Assembly: GCF_902459465.1 (NCBI RefSeq)
Contig: NC_047069.1
Location: 8,556,001-8,620,000 of the forward strand
Origin: Asterias rubens
Taxonomy: Eukaryota
Direction: 5' to 3'
Length of the DNA: 64,000 nucleotides
Positions 23,946-34,982 of this stretch are shown here, one piece after another. The notes under the pieces were generated by a model. That model was not told where the DNA came from and did not search any database. It saw only the letters and a list, made by a program, of their open reading frames with translations. The position numbers and the translations under genes are program-made. Numbering within the stretch: position 1 is the first letter of the stretch; every line of letters begins with the position of its first letter.

Positions 23946-26900
23946 TTAGGACAGCTGGGCAGTCCAGTGGCTATAATGTTCGAATTCATGATCAAATTCA
24001 TTTGGTGCATAATAACAGATCAACTGTAAGTGAATAGCTAACAAAATACCCTAGAAGTGATGAAATAAGAGCATTTGCGGTGTACAAGTGAAGTTTGAAA
24101 GTCGAGATGCCCCCTGTGCTCCGGTATGCGATGGGAATTTGTTGAATCAATTTCTGGCTCACGTGGATCGTCAACTCTGTGGTCAACAAGTGGCCAACTC
24201 AATTCATCTTTTCCTTTGAAATTAAAACCAAAAGGGGAGATGTCTGCTGAAGTACCCCATTCTTGATTTCTTTCTGCGAACGGTGTCTTGTGCAAATACG
24301 TCTGGCGTCAATGGCTTTTCTCAAAGTCCAGTTTAGGTTTCTTTATTTCGGTAATGAATAATTATATCATTGGAGATTTTAAACCCCATCTCTGAGGTGG
24401 GGGTTCCGTCTCCGTTGTGCTTGTATGCTCGGTGTGCTATCATAAGTCCGTTTTCGTTGGTTGGTTTCCCTCCTCCCTGACCAAGCATTCACCGCATTAA
24501 ACTCCCCAAACCCCCATCCTCATCTCGGCCATTTATCAAACGTCAGGTCGACCAGGCAATTAAGTGCGTGTCGGTTGGCTTTGCAATTGACCGTGCCTTG
24601 CCGATATGATGGTTGAATACACAGGCGGTGTACCCCTATATGCAAAATAATTTCCAAGGACTCGGGAATTCCGTCAATCTCTCAGGTGAATGTTGGCACT
24701 GCGGTATTATTAGCCATGGGGATGAAAAGTCATGTTTGTTTTCCCTGATCAAATTTCATAGCCTCTGTGGTTCAATGGAACATAGTAAGTCATGTATGTT
24801 GTTAGAGTCTTGCTTCTGTTTCACATTATACGGCTGTGATTAATACTGGTATGTTGCACCATACAGCTACTGGTTTCTCGTACATGCACATCATTAACAA
24901 ACCTTGATATTGACTTTATTTACTCATTTGTTTATCACATTTTCTTTACCGAGGGTATGCCTGAACACTTTAAACTGATTACCATATCGGGTTACATTTC
25001 GCATTAATTTAACTGCATGAGTTTTCTATCGTGCGTAATTTCCTATAAATTGACATTGTGAATTCACTTCAGGCAGCAATATAACACTATGATACAGCAA
25101 CAGATGCGGTTGTCCGATCACTATAAATAAGATGCTCCCTATTGCTTTTCGTACTTCACTATTTAATCTCTGCTGCAATCGTTATGGCAAAGCATTATTG
25201 TTCAAGTACAACACTTATAACTGTAGGTCTTGTTTAACCAATGAATTATCTCGGTAATCTTCTTAACTGGAATGATAAAGTTCATTCCATATATTTTTCC
25301 CAGAGGAGTTAGACACTGTGCGTTTTAAATCAACTGTCCATGTATGTTGACGTATCACCTTGTGGAGTACTGTCACACTTGGCCATTTTTACAGGCGACT
25401 TGGTGAAGGCAACAAATTGCAAACGCCGTCAAAATGGACACTTTGGTTCCCACAAGAGAAATGCCTATATCCTTAGAAGCTTCAGGAAATTTTGGGAAAA
25501 TCGATTGTGAATGGTGTCTGTCTCTTGAGACGGCAAGGAACCAGTTGCCAGAGTATTGCATGGTGTGACATTGAACTATAGAGACCGTGGAACCATTGGT
25601 AACACTTTTGAATGGTCTGTTTTTCCAAGCGTCGATGCAATTCGAAGCTTGTTTATAACCAATTCAAAAAATAACTGCGTAAATATGAAACTACTGTCAT
25701 AACAGTTAATGGTCCATTTTCTCTGTTTTAGGTGTGTGTTTTTAATTGATAATATTAAATTATTTCGTGTTTACTTACTTTTCATGTTTTTGTCACACCA
25801 AGTGACCCAACTGGCGTAAGCTTCTATAGTGACCCCTAAATTTGCAAGTGGCTCTGGTATAGCATTATCTTTTCGTAGAACAGTCGTCGTTCGGCTGCGT
25901 CGGACTACAAATATTGGAACGCAAGGGGGCGCTATTAGCTTTTTCAGACAGCTTTATCTCGAGGTAGAATTTTTTGTTTAGCCTATGCCTGTACAAAATA
26001 ATCCTCATTCAATAGTTGACTTTTCGTGCTCGAAAAACTTATGTTATGTGACTAAACGTTTATTATGTATTTTAAACCTAACTTTACTATCACCATTATG
26101 ATTTAACCGGATCCTTCAAAAAGCAAACATCATAACTTAGCATTAAAATTCCCCATACAAAATCAAATGACGTCTAATGTATATAAGGTAAGTGATGCAT
26201 TTACACCCGCTGTACTCATGTAGCCTGTATAGACCTTACTGGCCGATGCATATAGTACACACCTAATGGGCAATATTGGTAATTCATTTCGTCATAATAC
26301 GATGATTTGGACTTGATGTAACTTAATAAGTTTGTATTCTTTTTGAAGAGCCAAGACCTACATGTTTAATAGGCTTCCCGTCTGACATCCCCAAACTGTT
26401 ATTAAGGTCCGATAAGTAGTTTTCCCTTATCCCTTATATTGTACTGCCTAATGGTATGGAATTAAAACTGAAACTAGACTTGGATCCAAGGTTATGATCG
26501 TGGTTTTGTGTAGTCTACCCGATACCTATCCATTATTGCCTGATATAGCGCCCTCCGGCAGATTAACCTCCGTCATTGGATTGCGAGTTGGAGCGATTGA
26601 TAGCTAATTATGTCGGCCTGTTTTCGTGGCGGATGCAGAGGAATAACCGCGATCTCAGACTTGAATTTGAGTCTGACCTGAAACCTAAAACCTGAAACCT
26701 GAAATCTGACATTTCTATTAATAGTTTAACTCTTCATACTTCCAGCACTTTTTTTCTGTCAATAAAAATCAAATAAATATGGTTTGAAACATATATTCGA
26801 AATAGAATGTAACTATTTCAATAAATATTTAACATTATTTTGTAGAACAATATTGTTTACTCCACACAATTGTGACCGTGTGCCGCGGGTTGCAACGGGT

Positions 26901-27123
26901 TGCAACGGGTAACGTTGTTTGTGTTAATACAACATGTTGTGTCCATGGTGTACATTGGTTGAGCATGAACAACTGCTGGCAAAAGGTACGGAAAGAAATA
27001 TAATATGCCAAAGAGCATCTTGATAGATTTGGAGGCAAAGTGCCCAAAGGTGCTTACAATTAGTTTGAATACTTACAGTAGTGCTCACATTGCATTTAAT
27101 AATCGATTTAAAGAAAGACTTAA

Positions 27124-27493
27124 AGACACTTGACACAATATTGGTAATTGTCAAAGACCACTCTTCTCACTTGTGTATCTCAACATATACATAAACAAAC
27201 AAACCTGTAAATATTTGAGCTCAATCTGTCGTCGAAGTTGCGAGAAAATAATGAAAGAAAAAACACCCTTGTCACACGAAATTGTGTGCGTTTAGATGTT
27301 TGATTTCGAGACCTCAAATTCTAAATCTGGGGTCTCAAAATCAAATTCGTGGAAAATAACTAGAAAACTACTAATGGCACTTGAGGGGGAGCCGTTTCTC
27401 ACAATGTTTTATACTATCAACCTCTCCCCATTACTCGTTACAAAGTCAGGTTTTATGCTAATAATTATTTTGAGTAAATAGTGTCCACTGCCT
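27124..27493 (-). mobile_element. Kolobok-like MITE family 1
   Basis: Reverse-orientation body, TTAA on both sides. Confidence 0.88.
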
Positions 27494-28970
27494 TTAAAAC
27501 GTTCTTTTACAATAATACAAAATGTCAAAAACCATAGTCCAAATAAGCTATAATCGGTTTATTTCTATCTTAAAATTTAGTCAATTTTGTTTTTCTTAAA
27601 TTTTTGTCCCCTGTGGTGAACGCGCATTTAATTTGACTATCTATTCAATTTCCCAATTAACCTCAATTTAAGAAGGATTTATTACTATATAATCTATACC
27701 TTTGTAATGCCTTGCCAAATTGTGGGTCATCGTCAAGCTATTATTACACATCCATTAAGGTAGATTTTAATTTGTGTTCAAGGCCATAGTTGTATCAAAC
27801 ACACGAACTTGTATGAATAGGGAAGGTATTGAAAACCGTCAGTGTAATCATGATGCCACTGTTATATCTTTAAACCCTGCATTGAGAGACATGTGCTTCA
27901 ATTCTGACAAAGCTTTAAAATTATAGGAGCATTTTTATTTACATTCTTTCCAATGTTGTTTTTCAATTTTATTTTTTAAGTGTGTTGTTTACATTGCCTG
28001 GATTAGGCAAGCTTAATTGTTTGCATTTGAAATGTCAGAGTCAATTCTGTGGTATACTCATTTTCCATTATATAGAGTGCTCAAGTGAGAGTGTCCGGAC
28101 AAACTAACACAGTTTCAACTTCATAGCCGTTGCATTAAATACACCTCCGCGGTTGGAAAACTGTAAAACTTCCCCACACCATCATGAGGATTCGATCTTT
28201 CGGAAAGTGAGTACATCACACAATTCAAGTAAACATTTCTCTTCCACTTTAATGAAAATGTGTAATTTCGTTTCATCTGTACCAGTGACAATTATTGACA
28301 TCAATGTTGAACACTGGATTTTTGTTCTCCCCCATTCTAACCAAGTCACAGACAAGTGACGTGGTTAGGACAATGTAATTATTAAATTTTTCAGCAGCTG
28401 GCAGTGGCCCTCACTGCGTGGTTTAGATTAGTTTTTAATTTTATTCGACCTTCACGTAAGACAGAAATAGGTTGCAGTGTAGGTTGAATTCTTCCAAAGC
28501 CTTGACTTATATAGCAAACAGATTTTCATAACCAAGGTGTAAACATTCTCTGTTTAATATAATTTAAATGAATGGGGATCATCAAAATGAAAAGTATTCA
28601 GATTGCATTTTCGATATTTGACGAAAATCGTGAAAGTATCAGCAATCTGAATTTTGATAGTCGTTCGATGAGAACTCCGTAATAATATACTTATAAGATA
28701 AATAATATAAATAAACAAAAACAACAACAAAACAACACGTATAAAAAGATTGCTTTCTAAAGCATGTGTGACATTATAATGTAAAATACCACATCTAATA
28801 ATGACCTTTATAACAGCACCAATAGAGTTGGTGTTGTAATGTTCTTCGTCACATACAATGTTTACCAAGAAATACTGTATTGGTCATAATACACATATAT
28901 CAAGCGAAAAATACTATGCAGTAAGAATAATAGTACAACAAAATTAATATAGTTGTTGTGAGGCATTTCG

Positions 28971-29987
28971 TTATTTGAGGACAAAATGAGGGATTTTCTT
29001 GAAGCTACAAGTAATAATACTTCGCATAACAATGCTAAAGTGTGGATGCTTAGTGGCGTAAATAACAGGGTTTACACAGCTACTGGCCAGCAGAAAAACC
29101 ACAGCGTATGGGATGAAGAAATCACTCCCTGAAACAACCAAACAAACACTGTACGGTGTCATGCATACCAAAAAAGCACAAACAACGTAAAACATGTTCT
29201 TCGTGACCCCTTTCTGACTACTTTTCCTGGCTCCCCTTTGGGCTGGCTGGACGGGGTGCGAGCATTCTTCCGATCGTTGGAGTGGAATGACTCGTTTTCT
29301 GTGACCCTTTAGATGGATGAATAGTTTGGCATAGCTTGTAATGAGGATAAATGTTGGGATTGGGTAATATGTCACAGCTAGTAGAAGACTGTAAGAGTCA
29401 AGTTCAGTGCTGCTTGATGACGTCTTCCAAGTGCAAGAGCTGTACTTTGGGTTGTATCCCAATTCACCGAAACCGAACACAAACGGAATGGATGCCATCG
29501 TTAGTGGGATCAACCAAGTTATTCCTATGATGATTGATACCACAATATGTGTAAATGCACGACCTGTGTGATGGGGTTGTCGGTTTGATACTAAGACGAG
29601 GCGGTAGACAGCGATACATGTAAGATTATATACGCCACACCCAATACACGTCACTGAGCAGAAGCCACATACGATGCAGATCCAATCTGGGATCGATCCA
29701 TGAGGACTGAGCATAGCCGCCGCATTGATCGGGATGTTGAGGCAAGTGATGAAATCAGCAACACTGAGATTCACTACAAAACAGTTAGTTGTGTTATGAA
29801 GCTTACGGGACAGACCGAAGGCGAGAATAACCAGAATGTTCCCAATAATTCCAACCACGGCAACGATGAGGAGAAGTGTGCTGACTAAATGTCTTTCTAC
29901 ATCGGACAGGACCGACTCAAACATGGCACTTTTATTCTCCATTGCTGTTTTGTGATAGTGAAATAAGTTACACATCGATTTATGCAT
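28971..29987 (-). CDS. Intronless class A GPCR (Tre1/Moody/melatonin-receptor-like orphan), paralogue A; alternative start ATG 29942 (MENKS)
   Basis: TM1 GIIGN, TM2 NLSVADF, TM3 AVYRL in place of DRY, TM6 CMTPY, TM7 NPVIY; 338-codon ORF. Confidence 0.93.
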   Translation of the reverse strand: MHKSMCNLFHYHKTAMENKSAMFESVLSDVERHLVSTLLLIVAVVGIIGNILVILAFGLSRKLHNTTNCFVVNLSVADFITCLNIPINAAAMLSPHGSIPDWICIVCGFCSVTCIGCGVYNLTCIAVYRLVLVSNRQPHHTGRAFTHIVVSIIIGITWLIPLTMASIPFVFGFGELGYNPKYSSCTWKTSSSSTELDSYSLLLAVTYYPIPTFILITSYAKLFIHLKGHRKRVIPLQRSEECSHPVQPAQRGARKSSQKGVTKNMFYVVCAFLVCMTPYSVCLVVSGSDFFIPYAVVFLLASSCVNPVIYATKHPHFSIVMRSIITCSFKKIPHFVLK

Positions 29988-31015
29988 GCCTTATCATCAC
30001 TGAATACTGGAAAAGCTTTTAGGAGCAGTAGCTCCCTCACTTGCCTATCGTGATTGACCTTGTGGATAATTTGGCATACTAATTATGTGGCATATAACCT
30101 ACTCCCACCTGAAGAATGCATTGCTTAACTTCATTTGACAATTGACGTGTTCTTAATTGTTTTCGTTGTAATTTTTCTCCGCATCTTACGAACAACACAT
30201 CCGTCACTTTTGGCCAAAGCAAGAACATAACTATGGATACGACACCATCAGCTTTTCCCCTATTTCGTGTATCTTCAATTATCGGGGGTGTAATTAACCA
30301 TTTTTCGATTTTAGACCTAAAACATAAGAAAATGTGTAGTGTCTCCAAAAATAAGCAATTACATTGCTCGCACAAGTTTATAAAGCATCATAAATATCAA
30401 AAATTACAAAAGGCAGAAACAAATGTTGCACACAAAACAACGCACAAAAAGACTAAACGTAGGACTTCATGAACAGAGTTATGCCAAATCACTCGGCACG
30501 ACATGCGTCGTGACAGCATCGGTCCTGTAATTACGATAGTCGGTCATTTTTCTGAAACTCTATTTGTGAGATAATATTTGATTAAGGCGCCGTAATCATG
30601 TGATCTCGTAAGCGTGACTTTGGAACCGGACAGCAATTGACTCGTCTAGAATACCAGCTTGGGTGAGAACCAAGTTCCGGCAAACAATAATTGACATATC
30701 AATCAATCAATCAATCATAGAACATTTATTTCAACATTGTTATGATAATACATAATACATACACCATTAAGTTAACACTATTATAACAACATATTTTAAA
30801 AGACGAAATAATCATTTATAACAATATTAACTTAACGAAGCTTAGTTTAAACATTATTCACATAACAACATTGGGCAAAGGGTGAAGCAAAGCTTTTGTA
30901 CCCGTACCCTTGACAGACAAACACAGACTGGCAAATGACAAACGAAAAAAGGACAATGACAGACATATAGGAGCATAATTGAGCTATTGCTAAATGACAA
31001 TTTTTCCATTACAGA

Positions 31016-33970
31016 TTAAGAATATGATTGGAGCAGTTGTGTTTTTAGTTGTTTGGTGAATGTAGATAAACTTAATGATGTTTTAAGAGGGGTGGGTAGA
31101 CTATTCCAAAAATGTGTACCTCGTTGAACGAGGCCATTTTTAAACATTGACGTTCTGTTAAAACTAACATAAATGTTCTTGTTCGAGCTGCTTCTAGTGT
31201 TATAAGAATGCACATCTGAAGTGAGAGTAAAACATGAACTAAAACAGGAAGGTAACAAATTATTTATATACCTGTACATGAATTTTCCAAGGTTGAGGTT
31301 ATAGAGATCATTAAAGTGTAGTAGTTTCAGTTCGGCAAACAAAGGAGAGGTATGGTCCCGATAATGAGCGTTGAAAATTATTCGAACAGCTCGTTTTTGT
31401 AAAATAAGAAGTTTATCACAGGATGAAGAGCCACCCCAAGTGAGAATTGAGTAATTTAAATATGGGAGGACTAATGAGTTGTAAAGAGTTATTAAGATAT
31501 TCTTTGGTAAGAAAAACCTCAAACGATTCATTATACCGATGGTTTTTGATATTTTGCTTGACACTACATCAACGTGACTCTTCCAGTTAAGATTTTCGTC
31601 AATATAAATGCCTAGAAATTTTGTACTTTTTACTTTTTGCAAGTTAACACCATTTAATATTAAAGGAACCGTTTGAGTATATTTCTGCTGTCTCGGACAA
31701 AATATTATATAATTTGATTTCAGTACATTAATACATAGTTTATTTGCCAACAGCCAAGTGCTTATTTTTAAAAGTTCAAAATTAAGGTGACTAACAGCTG
31801 TATCTACGTTACTATGACTGTACACTAAACTTGTGTCATCTGCAAATAAAGAGAAGGATATTGTATCAGAAGTATTACATATGTCGTTTATATAAATAAT
31901 AAATAATAGAGGACCCAACACAGAGCCCTGTGGAACTCCACAGGAAATATATTGTTCTTTAGACAGCGTTGACTTAAACAATACAAATTGTTTTCTATTA
32001 GATAAATAACTTTTAAACCAGGCTAATGCTATTCCACGCACACCATAATGTTCCAATTTAGAAATTAAAATGTCATGGTTTACGGTATCGAAAGCCTTTG
32101 AAAGGTCCAAGAATATACCAACGGAAAACGTTTTATCGTCTATGGCCTTGAGTAGTTTATTTACTACGTATGAGGTTGCTAACTCTGTAGATCGGTTTTC
32201 CCTAAAGCCAAACTGCGACTCAGCAAGAATGCTATTTTTATTAATGAATGATATTAGTCTATTATAAACTATCCTTTCAAAAACCTTTGAGAACGTGGAC
32301 AAAACTGAGATAGGTCTAAAATTTCCAATATCATGTTTATTACCCCCTTTATGTATTGGTATAACCTTACCTATTTTTAACGCATCGGGGAAAATACCAG
32401 AAGATAAGGACCTGTTGAAGATTTCAGCAAGTGGTTTAGCAAGAATGTACCTAGCCTGTTTAATTACAAACGGACTTAACCCATCAAAACCAGGAGCCTT
32501 GCTACATGTAAGTTTGTTGAGAGAATCTGCAATTTCTTCTTGCGTAACTGGAGTTAAAAAGATAGAGTGTGAACATCTTCCTGCAAGAAAAGACTCACAC
32601 GAAGTATTACATAATGGTAGATTACGTGTAAGCTTCGCACCGACGCTAACGAAGTATTCATTGAATGCATCTGCAATTTCTTTGTTATCCTCTAGTTTAA
32701 CACAGTCTTCCTTAACAACATAAGACGGGTTGGAATTCGGCTTACCCTTATTTAGCAAAGAATTTATAAGCTTCCAAGTTCCTTTGATATTGCCATTTTC
32801 CTGTTCAAATTTCTTGTTTAAGTAATTTTTCTTTGATATTTTAATCAAAGCATTCAATTTATTTTTATACAGAGTATAGATGGATTTATTTTGGTTATTA
32901 GGATTTCTTAGAAATTTTTTATACAAGTAGTTTTTCCTCCTTATTGAATTGTAAACGCCATCAGATAGCCAGGGTGATTTACAAGAATCATATCTGCGTT
33001 TCACCTCTTGCAAGGGGAAATGTTTATCATACAGTTTAACAACATGCTCCTGAAAGTTACCATATATTTCATGCAAATTATTCAATGATGTTATAAAACT
33101 CCAGTCAATTTGGTTAAGTTCGTCGACAAAATTATGAATATGGTTACTGCTAAAGTCACGCTTACTGTTTCTTCGTTCGTTCTGCGGGTTTTCCCTAAGA
33201 TTATCAGTAACTAGGAATACCGGTAAATGATCGCTTATGTCAGTAACTAAAACGCCGGCATGGTGGTTGTTGAAATCATTTGTCAAGATATTGTCAATTA
33301 CTGTTGCAGTGTCAGCAGTAATTCTAGTTGGTTTGTTAATAGTGGAATAAAAAGATTGGGATTGCAAAGTGTCCATAAAATTACGTACACCATTGTGTGT
33401 ATCATACTGCAATAAATCAATATTAAAGTCACCCATAATATAACACTTTTTGTTTTCATTGTTAACACAAGCCAATATGTCATTAATTAGTTCTATAAAA
33501 TTATTTAACGGGGCGCTTGGTGATTTATACACAACTCCAATAACCACGTTGCTATTGTGATTATTAACAAGCTCAATAAAGCATGATTCTATATCTGAAT
33601 TGTTCACTGATATATCGTTACGAGTTTTGTAAACGATGTCATCTCTAATATATAGTGCTACCCCACCACCTCGTTTATTTTGTCTACAGAAGCCTTCCAT
33701 AGAAAAATTATGCATTTGGACTAGCGGATCTTGAGTATCTTTCAACCATGATTCGGATATCCCAATAATTGAAAATGTGTTTTCCAAGAGGTTTACATAG
33801 TTCCTAATACAAGTAATATTTCGGGGCAAGCTGCGTGCATTTATATGTAATAATTTCATATTTGAACATTTTTTCTTGTTAAATGCATTCAGGAATTGAT
33901 CTTGATCATAGTAATCACAATTTATGACAGGAGCTTGAAAGTTTGTATCTGGATCTAGGCTTGGAATCAT
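31016..33970 (-). CDS. LINE ORF2: apurinic-type endonuclease + reverse transcriptase, 984 aa
   Basis: EN motifs HINARSL, ISESWL, GGGVALY, GDFNID, SDHLPV; RT motifs KAPGFDG, FRPISVL, QFGFR, DLSKAFD, GVPQGSVLGP, FADD, KFLG; no stops. Confidence 0.97.
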   Translation of the reverse strand: MIPSLDPDTNFQAPVINCDYYDQDQFLNAFNKKKCSNMKLLHINARSLPRNITCIRNYVNLLENTFSIIGISESWLKDTQDPLVQMHNFSMEGFCRQNKRGGGVALYIRDDIVYKTRNDISVNNSDIESCFIELVNNHNSNVVIGVVYKSPSAPLNNFIELINDILACVNNENKKCYIMGDFNIDLLQYDTHNGVRNFMDTLQSQSFYSTINKPTRITADTATVIDNILTNDFNNHHAGVLVTDISDHLPVFLVTDNLRENPQNERRNSKRDFSSNHIHNFVDELNQIDWSFITSLNNLHEIYGNFQEHVVKLYDKHFPLQEVKRRYDSCKSPWLSDGVYNSIRRKNYLYKKFLRNPNNQNKSIYTLYKNKLNALIKISKKNYLNKKFEQENGNIKGTWKLINSLLNKGKPNSNPSYVVKEDCVKLEDNKEIADAFNEYFVSVGAKLTRNLPLCNTSCESFLAGRCSHSIFLTPVTQEEIADSLNKLTCSKAPGFDGLSPFVIKQARYILAKPLAEIFNRSLSSGIFPDALKIGKVIPIHKGGNKHDIGNFRPISVLSTFSKVFERIVYNRLISFINKNSILAESQFGFRENRSTELATSYVVNKLLKAIDDKTFSVGIFLDLSKAFDTVNHDILISKLEHYGVRGIALAWFKSYLSNRKQFVLFKSTLSKEQYISCGVPQGSVLGPLLFIIYINDICNTSDTISFSLFADDTSLVYSHSNVDTAVSHLNFELLKISTWLLANKLCINVLKSNYIIFCPRQQKYTQTVPLILNGVNLQKVKSTKFLGIYIDENLNWKSHVDVVSSKISKTIGIMNRLRFFLPKNILITLYNSLVLPYLNYSILTWGGSSSCDKLLILQKRAVRIIFNAHYRDHTSPLFAELKLLHFNDLYNLNLGKFMYRYINNLLPSCFSSCFTLTSDVHSYNTRSSSNKNIYVSFNRTSMFKNGLVQRGTHFWNSLPTPLKTSLSLSTFTKQLKTQLLQSYS

Positions 33971-34160
33971 AGGAGCATCGTGGTTAGTTTAGTTTTGATA
34001 ATAAGCACATACTGTATAGCAATGCCTTACTCCTGTACACACGGACAAACATAAACAAATACATAAATATATCATGATGGAAACACTTTAATTTACTTGA
34101 ACCAGGAAAATCAACTCAGGTTTTATGAATGATAAACGGCACTATTATACTGTAACAATC

Positions 34161-34982
34161 TTAGCTGGATGGGGTGGGTGTATACTTCCTGCCCTGGATG
34201 TAGAGCTCGCCATTCTTGAAGACGGGGCGATTGCCGGCGTCGTACGCTTTCTTCATTACATCTCGGAGGGATCTTTTTTTGGCAACGTCAGCGGCAGGAA
34301 GGTCTTGCAGGATAAACATCCCGGTGTTTGCAAGACTATGTTTGGCTCTCGACAGGACAGCCTGGCGCTCAGACCGATACAGAAATCTCGCGATGATGTG
34401 GCGGGGCTTGTCCGATGGGGATTGTGGGGGTCTTCCTGTACGATGTGCAGCCTCAACTTCAGCTTCCGGCATGTTGTACCGCTCCGTCAGGATCTTCTTG
34501 ACTGTGTCGTAGGGGAAGGTGGTGGGTTCTTTTGGGTTTTCCGGGATTCCCCCAAGCCGGAGGTTGAAGCTTCGGGAATGGCGCTCCAGGTTAAGTGTGT
34601 CGTCCTCCAGGTGTTTAATCTTTGTAATGGCCGTATTGAGCTGCGTCGTCAGGGTGGAAACGCCATCGGATAAGTTCTTTTGTTTTTTTTGGATTTCCTC
34701 GATGGACTTTGACGAGAACTCAATGGCCTCCTCCATTCCACGTTGTTTTGTTTCCAGGGTTTGAATTCTTTTCAAAATGGAATCTTGTTTGTTGATCACT
34801 GTGTCCAGTTTGCTGCTGAGATCAGACGCCATTGACCGGAGTTCCCGACGCAAGGTGATTATGTCATTGTCTGATGACGCAATGGGCGAGCAGGGGTGAT
34901 CACCTGATGAGTGTGGCGCGTAAGTTGACTCTGATGATATCGAAGTGGATGCCGACTTAGTTTTGTCTTTTTTGGGGGGCAT
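34161..34982 (-). CDS. LINE ORF1: coiled coil + RRM/CTD (L1-ORF1p-like), 273 aa
   Basis: Heptad-rich segment followed by ERHSRSFNLRLGGIPE, AAHRTG, PRHIIARF and LQDLP; lies 190 nt upstream of ORF2. Confidence 0.92.
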   Translation of the reverse strand: MPPKKDKTKSASTSISSESTYAPHSSGDHPCSPIASSDNDIITLRRELRSMASDLSSKLDTVINKQDSILKRIQTLETKQRGMEEAIEFSSKSIEEIQKKQKNLSDGVSTLTTQLNTAITKIKHLEDDTLNLERHSRSFNLRLGGIPENPKEPTTFPYDTVKKILTERYNMPEAEVEAAHRTGRPPQSPSDKPRHIIARFLYRSERQAVLSRAKHSLANTGMFILQDLPAADVAKKRSLRDVMKKAYDAGNRPVFKNGELYIQGRKYTPTPSS

